From an uncultured Candidatus Saccharibacteria bacterium (GTDB lineage Bacteria; Patescibacteriota; JABMPQ01; JAQVVF01): 64,000 nt of DNA. Made by a program: the position numbers and the translations under genes. Of the stretch, positions 57,436 to 64,000 are shown piece by piece; position 1 is the stretch's first letter, and every line of letters begins with the position of its first letter. A model generated the notes under the pieces. The model was not told where the DNA came from and did no database searches. It saw only the letters and a list, made by a program, of their open reading frames with translations. The DNA is taken from positions 9,852 to 73,851 of the forward strand of contig CAZNOH010000001.1 in the NCBI GenBank assembly GCA_964574655.1, written 5' to 3'.

Positions 57436-57463
57436 TCTAGCACTCATAAGTAGCGAGTGCTAA
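57436..57463 (+). promoter_or_regulatory. CIRCE (HrcA operator) inverted repeat upstream of groES
   Basis: CTAGCACTC-ATAAGTAGC-GAGTGCTAA matches the consensus TTAGCACTC-N9-GAGTGCTAA with one mismatch. It lies ~50 nt upstream of the groES ATG. Confidence 0.85.
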
Positions 57464-57511
57464 TAATGAAATTATAAATAACTAAATAACAAAATAACTA
57501 AATTAAAAAAA

Positions 57512-57808
57512 ATGACTAAAATTAAACCATTAGGCGACAATGTGGTTTTAAAACCGATTGTTGAAAAAGAAGAAAATAAATCAGGAATTGTATTGCCTGA
57601 GACAGTGGCAAAAGAAAAAACAGAAATTGCAGAAGTTATTGCAGTTGGGGAAGGAAAATTATTATCAAATGGAAAGCGTTCTGAAATGGGTGTTAAAGCT
57701 GGAGACAGAGTTTTGTACAAAAAATACGGTTTGGATGAAATAAAAATGGATGAAGAAGATTATTTAGTCGGCAGTATTAATGACGTTTTAGCGGTAATTG
57801 GAAAATAA
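57512..57808 (+). CDS. groES: Co-chaperonin GroES
   Basis: 98 aa, mobile-loop region, Cpn10 fold signature (KPLGDNVVLKP..EKEENKSGIVLPE). CIRCE operator upstream. Confidence 0.93.
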   Translation: MTKIKPLGDNVVLKPIVEKEENKSGIVLPETVAKEKTEIAEVIAVGEGKLLSNGKRSEMGVKAGDRVLYKKYGLDEIKMDEEDYLVGSINDVLAVIGK

Positions 57809-57818
57809 TATTCTGAAG

Positions 57819-57848
57819 ATATTCGGATATTATGATATTACGGATATT

Positions 57849-57849
<1 letters not shown>
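57819..57849. repeat. Word repeat family W1, copy 2 (groES-groEL intergenic)
   Basis: ATATTCGGATATTATGATATTACGGATATTG. Confidence 0.8.
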
Positions 57850-59607
<1,758 letters not shown>

Positions 59608-59657
59608 TCGCACACTAATGCGACACTAATCTAAACGAATAAAACACTAATTCGAAT

Positions 59658-59692
59658 AAAAAAAAGACGGTGTGAAAATGCCGTCTTTTTGT
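59658..59692. terminator. Bidirectional terminator between groEL and the NUDIX gene
   Basis: AAAAAAAAGACGG-TGTGAAAATG-CCGTCTTTTT. Confidence 0.75.
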
Positions 59693-59708
59693 TTGAGTAT
59701 CAATATTT

Positions 59709-60146
59709 TTATCTATTTTTTTCTTGATAAATTTTTTTTGCTTTATAATTATTTAAAACTAATTCTGTTCCTTGAAATATTTTTTTTGGTAATTTTTTTA
59801 AACTAAACCATTTCCATTCTAAGCATTTGTCTTTTTCCATAACTTTTGGAACTCCGCTTTTATATTCTGCTTGGACGCCGATATTAACACAATGCCTGCC
59901 ATTTGATTTTAAATATCTGAATTCTTCAGCTAATGAAATCATTTTGCATTTTTTCACTTTTAGTCCGGTTTCTTCTTTTGTTTCTCTGATTGCGGTTTGA
60001 AAAAGGGTTTCACTAAATTCTAAGTGTCCGCCAGGAAAGCACCATTCTCCAGCGCCATGAGATCCTTGACGCAAGCCAAGTAGAACTTGTCCTTTTTTGT
60101 TTTTGATCATTACGCCAACTCCGACTAACGGTCTTTTTTTATCCAT
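59709..60146 (-). CDS. NUDIX hydrolase
   Basis: Nudix box GGHLEFSETLFQTAIRETKEETGL. Confidence 0.8.
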   Translation of the reverse strand: MDKKRPLVGVGVMIKNKKGQVLLGLRQGSHGAGEWCFPGGHLEFSETLFQTAIRETKEETGLKVKKCKMISLAEEFRYLKSNGRHCVNIGVQAEYKSGVPKVMEKDKCLEWKWFSLKKLPKKIFQGTELVLNNYKAKKIYQEKNR

Positions 60147-60236
60147 AGAATTTATTTAATTTATTAAATTTTAGTATATCAAAATTTTTGTAAATAAAAA
60201 AGCGACAACGTCGTAATTATTTTAAAAATTAAATTA

Positions 60237-61199
60237 CTATTTTTTAACTAAAACGTCTTGTTGCTGGCTTGCCTTTTCATAAACATACCAAAGATAAAGT
60301 CTGATATTAGCTTCGACATTCAGCGGATATTTATTTTGTTCATTATAAGATTGATGAAGACAAAGATAGGTAACTTCTTGTTTTTGTAAATTTAGTTTAT
60401 TAACTTTCTCTAATAATGGCTGACCTGGTTTTTCTTGAATGCTGGCAAGATAATGATTAAGATTACCCATTCCTTCATTGTAGGCGAGCATGGCGAGATC
60501 CCAGCGGCCATATTGGTTGTAGAGTTTTTTCAGATAAATTAATCCAGCGCGAGTATTTTTTGTTGGATCAAGTCGTTCGTCAACTTTTGCGCTAACTTTT
60601 AGGCCTAGTGATTCAGCAGTAGCTTTTTTAATCTGAAATAATCCTGAAGCGCCTTTTATTGAATCATGAGCATCTGGATTGCATCTAGATTCGTGCATGG
60701 CTATGCCTAAGGCAATAGCTATGGGAACTCCCTGTTCTTCTGCTTCTTTTATAATAATTGGAGCAGCGTTTTGGACATGTTCAAATAGCCGATCTAGCTC
60801 TTTGATATTCTGATGATGTGTTTCATAAATTTCTTGTACTTGGATTTGAACGAGTGCTTCAAAATCTTTTTTTGATGCAGGATCTTGATATTCAATTGAT
60901 AATCCTTGTTGTTCAATAAATTCTTTTGGAAAATCAATTGCTTGCTGAAGGATTTCTTCTGGTGTTCCTTGAAATAAGTTTGTTTCTATTTTTTCTGGTG
61001 TTTTTTTAAGATCATCTTTTTTAGGTAAAACTTGGGCAACTGCTTCTTGTTCTTTTGTTAAAAGCCTGGCAGTTGTTCCACCAAGTGCCATTGATAAACC
61101 AAGAAGCCCTAAACCTTTTAGGAATTGTCGTTTGTTTTGATCAACTTGCGGTTCTTCTTCAAGATCTTTTGGACTTGGTCCGTTGATTTCGATTTTCAT
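60237..61199 (-). CDS. Lytic transglycosylase (SLT domain) with Tat-like/N-terminal signal
   Basis: SLT catalytic region (AMHESRCNPDA...ASGLFQIKKATAESLGL). The N-terminus has KRQFLKGLGLLGL preceding a hydrophobic stretch. Confidence 0.75.
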   Translation of the reverse strand: MKIEINGPSPKDLEEEPQVDQNKRQFLKGLGLLGLSMALGGTTARLLTKEQEAVAQVLPKKDDLKKTPEKIETNLFQGTPEEILQQAIDFPKEFIEQQGLSIEYQDPASKKDFEALVQIQVQEIYETHHQNIKELDRLFEHVQNAAPIIIKEAEEQGVPIAIALGIAMHESRCNPDAHDSIKGASGLFQIKKATAESLGLKVSAKVDERLDPTKNTRAGLIYLKKLYNQYGRWDLAMLAYNEGMGNLNHYLASIQEKPGQPLLEKVNKLNLQKQEVTYLCLHQSYNEQNKYPLNVEANIRLYLWYVYEKASQQQDVLVKK

Positions 61200-61203
61200 A
61201 AAT

Positions 61204-61251
61204 CGCTGATTTTACGCTGATTTCTGACGCTGATTTGACGCTGATAGAGCG
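61204..61251. repeat. Word repeat W5, second locus
   Basis: CGCTGATTTTACGCTGATTTCTGACGCTGATTTGACGCTGATAGAGCG, between the glycerate kinase and SLT genes. Confidence 0.85.
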
Positions 61252-61266
61252 TTAAAGATGCTATTT

Positions 61267-62607
61267 TTATTTTAGAATATAGACAACAATATCTCCAACA
61301 TTTGTTCCTGTTAAACCTGTTTCAATTAAAGAATTGTTAATTTGTTTGAAGAAAGAATTGCTGTCGAATTTTTTTAAATATGACTTGAGATCTAGTTTTT
61401 TTTCTTCTGCTTTTTTTGAAGTTTCTTGATCTGCAATTGCACCTGCGATTTCTTTCATAAAATCTGAACCATCAGTTGAGCAACTTGCGATTGTAAATTC
61501 GCCTTCATATTCTTGTTCGATGAAAGCTTGTAATGAAGCTAAAACATAATGTTGATTTCTGCCACCATTTCCATGATCAGTTGGTAACTTTGGTGTTGTT
61601 TCTCCGCCTAAAATTAAACAATTATAATCTTTAAATTTACCTTTTTTAATTTCTGAAGCATAAAGATTAGCTGCTTCTTCCGGACTGCCTTGCATTTGAG
61701 CGGTCAATAAGATTGGTTCTAGTTTAAATTCTTTGGCTTTGTTTTGTATAGCAGAAAGTGCAATTTTGCTATTTCCAATCAAGAAATTATGGCAGTTTTC
61801 TAATTTTTCTGGCTCTAATTCTTCTAATGTAATATTTTTTTCAAACAGAGTGACAATGCTTGGCGGAATTTGATTCATTAATTTATATTTTTCTAAAATT
61901 GAATAAGCTTGTTTGTCGGTTGAAGTATCAGGAACTGTTGGGCCTGAAGCGATTGTTTCTAAATCATCGCCAATTACATCTGATAAAATTAGAGTAATAA
62001 CTGGAATTGGCGAGAAATATAATCCTAATTTTCCGCCTTTGATTTGAGAAACTTTTTTTCTGATAATATTTATTTCTTTGATGTCAGCGCCTGATGAAAT
62101 TAAAACTTTATTCAATTTTTGTTTGTCTTCTAAGGAAACATTTTTAACTGGATTGACCATCAAAGATGATGCGCCACCAGAAAGAAGGCAGATTATTAAA
62201 TCATTTGGATTGATTTTGTATTTAGATTTTAATTCCATCATTTCTTTTGTACCATTCAAGCTATTTTCGTTTGGAATTGGATGGCTGGCTTTATTTACTT
62301 TTATTTTTTCTAATTTGTAATTAGTATTAGGACAATTAATAATTCCAGCTGTAATATTTTCTTTGCCTAAAACTTGTTCTAAACTTTCAGCCATTTTGCC
62401 AGTTGCTTTTCCAGCTCCGATGACAAAGATTCTGTCTTTGACAATAAATTCTTCTTCTTGAATTTTTAAAGTCTTGTTCTTGGTATCAAATTGAACAAAA
62501 TCTTTGATGATTTTGTCTGGCAAAACGCTATTTATGCCAGCTTCTAAAATTTCTAAAGCTTGTTTTTTTGTCTCTGTTGTTGCTAATTGAGCTTTGTTTT
62601 TGATCAT
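61267..62607 (-). CDS. Glycerate kinase, MOFRL family (GckA/TtuD-like)
   Basis: DUF4147-like N-terminus with VIGAGKATGKMAESL (GKAA..MA signature), MOFRL C-terminal region; 446 aa. Confidence 0.7.
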   Translation of the reverse strand: MIKNKAQLATTETKKQALEILEAGINSVLPDKIIKDFVQFDTKNKTLKIQEEEFIVKDRIFVIGAGKATGKMAESLEQVLGKENITAGIINCPNTNYKLEKIKVNKASHPIPNENSLNGTKEMMELKSKYKINPNDLIICLLSGGASSLMVNPVKNVSLEDKQKLNKVLISSGADIKEINIIRKKVSQIKGGKLGLYFSPIPVITLILSDVIGDDLETIASGPTVPDTSTDKQAYSILEKYKLMNQIPPSIVTLFEKNITLEELEPEKLENCHNFLIGNSKIALSAIQNKAKEFKLEPILLTAQMQGSPEEAANLYASEIKKGKFKDYNCLILGGETTPKLPTDHGNGGRNQHYVLASLQAFIEQEYEGEFTIASCSTDGSDFMKEIAGAIADQETSKKAEEKKLDLKSYLKKFDSNSFFKQINNSLIETGLTGTNVGDIVVYILK

Positions 62608-62750
62608 TTGGATTTAAGGTTAAAGATTTAAGATTAAAGTTAGTTTTTATTATTTTTGAAGTAGATTTAAAATTGTTGACTTTTTATTATTATTTTGATA
62701 TTATATTTTGTTGTAGTTTGGCTTTGGCAGAGAGAGAAAAGGAGGAGAAG

Positions 62751-63146
62751 ATGGCTCTACATCTATTTGCAGGAATGGGTAAGGTGGGAGAAAAAGAATC
62801 GACATCTTGTGGAAAGAATCTTTTGGTGAAAAGTATCCAAGCAGTATATTTAGATGATTCTCGTGTGTGTCAAGATTGTCTCAAAGAAGATTGCCTTGCA
62901 CCAGTTGCAGATCCAGCAATGGTTTTTGAAGCCAAAAGGTTGGGAGTGATTACGGGGACAACCGTGATTAACACCGGGATGATTTCTTTCGTATTTTTGC
63001 GTGATTCAGGAGTGTCTTATGATAAGATTTTTGAATTTCTTGGTTATTATGGTCATGCAGAATTGATCAAGGATGATGAAGGCAAACATTGGGAAATCTG
63101 CGTGATGCAATCAGGACATGGACAAGTATTTCATAGTGGGAATTAA
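62751..63146 (+). CDS. Hypothetical Cys-rich protein
   Basis: Start at the ATG after AAAAGGAGGAGAAG; terminator hairpin ACCGCGACGCGGT follows. No family recognised. Confidence 0.45.
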   Translation: MALHLFAGMGKVGEKESTSCGKNLLVKSIQAVYLDDSRVCQDCLKEDCLAPVADPAMVFEAKRLGVITGTTVINTGMISFVFLRDSGVSYDKIFEFLGYYGHAELIKDDEGKHWEICVMQSGHGQVFHSGN

Positions 63147-63306
63147 TTCTCTTTGCAAGAAATTTTACCTGAAGTACCATCATGTAATCTGCTGATGCAA
63201 AGAGATCTTTTTGATGAGTTTGAAAGGGTGTGTCAGAAGGTGGGGATCGAATTGGTCGTCCATCATTTCGATGGAGAATTGCGAACAAGTTGATCTTTTT
63301 TTGTGA

Positions 63307-63328
63307 AACCGCGACGCGGTTTTTTTTA
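63307..63328 (+). terminator. Terminator after the 62751 gene
   Basis: AACCGCGACGCGGTT followed by TTTTTTT. Confidence 0.65.
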
Positions 63329-63340
63329 TTTTCTTTTTCT

Positions 63341-63366
63341 GGACAGAGCAATGCTCTGTCCCTACA
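63341..63366. repeat. REP-like hairpin GGACAGAGCA-A-TGCTCTGTCC followed by CTACA
   Basis: Perfect 10-bp stem. A twin of 63404..63429. Confidence 0.7.
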
Positions 63367-63374
63367 ACGATTTT

Positions 63375-63599
63375 CTATTTTATAAATTTGAATCTTGGAA
63401 TTAGGACAGGACAATGTCCTGTCCCTACATTTATTTTTTCTAGAAAATTATTAATCGGTCTTGCCCAAATTTGTTTTTTGCCATATTGAGCTTGATAAAT
63501 AACTAGATCCTGTAATGTTTCGCTGTGTTTGGCAATGCCAATTATTTTATATTTTTCACCTTTAAAATGCTGGTATAGGTCTAATTTGATTTGAGGCAT
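63375..63599 (-). CDS. DUF1653 family protein
   Basis: 74 aa with the DUF1653-like pattern Y.HFKG..Y..IG.AKHSET..LV.YQ..YG...W.RP...F......PRF. Confidence 0.7.
   Translation of the reverse strand: MPQIKLDLYQHFKGEKYKIIGIAKHSETLQDLVIYQAQYGKKQIWARPINNFLEKINVGTGHCPVLIPRFKFIK
63404..63429. repeat. REP-like hairpin GGACAGGACA-A-TGTCCTGTCC followed by CTACA (inside the DUF1653 CDS 3' end)
   Basis: Perfect 10-bp stem with the same loop and trailing CTACA as 63341..63366. Confidence 0.7.
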
Positions 63600-64000
63600 A
63601 ATAATCTATTTTGATTTGATTTGGAATTTTGTAGCCGAATTTTTTAATATAAATTTTCAAATCTGATTGGCTGGCAATAGTCAATGTTCTTGGATTAATT
63701 TCTTTTAAATTAATCCATTTTATTTGATAACATTTTTCTGGCTCTAATATTTTTGGCTGGCCTGATTTGTATTTGGCAATAAAAGTAGGCGAGACCCAAT
63801 GTTGTTTTTCGTTTGGAATAATATGATTGACAACTTCTAGTAATTCCAAAATTTTTATATTAAAACCATATTCTTCTTTAATTTCTCTGATTACTGCATC
63901 TTCACATTTTTCGTTAAATTCAACTGATCCGCCTGGAAAATCCCAACATCCTTTTTCATTTCTGGCTTTTTTGCCTCTTTGGGCCAAAAATACTTGGCCG
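63562..64000 (-). CDS. NUDIX hydrolase, 5' end beyond window
   Basis: Nudix box GGSVEFNEKCEDAVIREIKEEYGF. The frame stays open to the window edge upstream of the listed start (..GQVFLAQRGKK..). It overlaps the DUF1653 start by 38 nt. Confidence 0.7.
   Translation of the reverse strand, partial: GQVFLAQRGKKARNEKGCWDFPGGSVEFNEKCEDAVIREIKEEYGFNIKILELLEVVNHIIPNEKQHWVSPTFIAKYKSGQPKILEPEKCYQIKWINLKEINPRTLTIASQSDLKIYIKKFGYKIPNQIKIDYYASNQIRPIPAF

Noticed and set aside
63196-63294. 33-codon ORF (MQRDLFDEFERVCQKVGIELVVHHFDGELRTS) after the 62751 gene
   Set aside because: It is very short, has no SD, and lies between a stop codon and a terminator, so there is no supporting evidence.

Overview
Low-GC, gene-dense bacterial chromosome segment. 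Most housekeeping genes have no Shine-Dalgarno sequence, and the gene content is consistent with a small-genome (possibly CPR/Patescibacteria-like) bacterium; that taxonomic guess is inference only. Recognisable core genes: rpoB (3' part)-rpoC, ftsK with a translationally coupled rodZ-like gene, recA, efp, ychF, rpsF-ssb-rpsR, a phosphohexomutase, trpS, RNase J, one tRNA-Leu(CAG), secG, a YabE-like DUF348/G5/3D wall protein, uvrC, uvrA, a family-X DNA polymerase, a CDP-alcohol phosphatidyltransferase, groES-groEL behind a CIRCE operator, an SLT lytic transglycosylase, a MOFRL glycerate kinase and two NUDIX hydrolases. No rRNA, CRISPR array, transposase or integrase was seen. The most interesting region is a ~14.7 kb accessory island (about 14.95-29.6 kb). 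It carries a diversifying family of seven paralogous, mostly membrane-anchored proteins that share a ~25-aa N-terminal module (consensus M-A-E-E-K-K-T-F-Q-V-I-x-P-D-G-E-L-K-E-W-E). Five copies sit in a tandem array, each with a duplicated terminator-promoter-leader cassette and a different or mosaic C-terminal domain. The array is flanked by two paralogous small 2-TM proteins, a DjlA-like J-domain protein, a vWA protein, a BNR-like protein and two kinase-like genes (GHMP and P-loop). Almost every transcription unit in the island carries a conserved leader motif GTTCTTTGACAAA immediately upstream of a strong AAGGAGG Shine-Dalgarno; both are essentially absent from the housekeeping genes. A second genome feature is a set of short-word repeat families (7-10 nt words reiterated 2-4 times), each present at 2-4 intergenic loci in this window. 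Other notable items are a DA1-like zinc peptidase with LIM-like zinc fingers, twin REP-like hairpins, a uORF-coupled start, and AT-hook motifs on FtsK.
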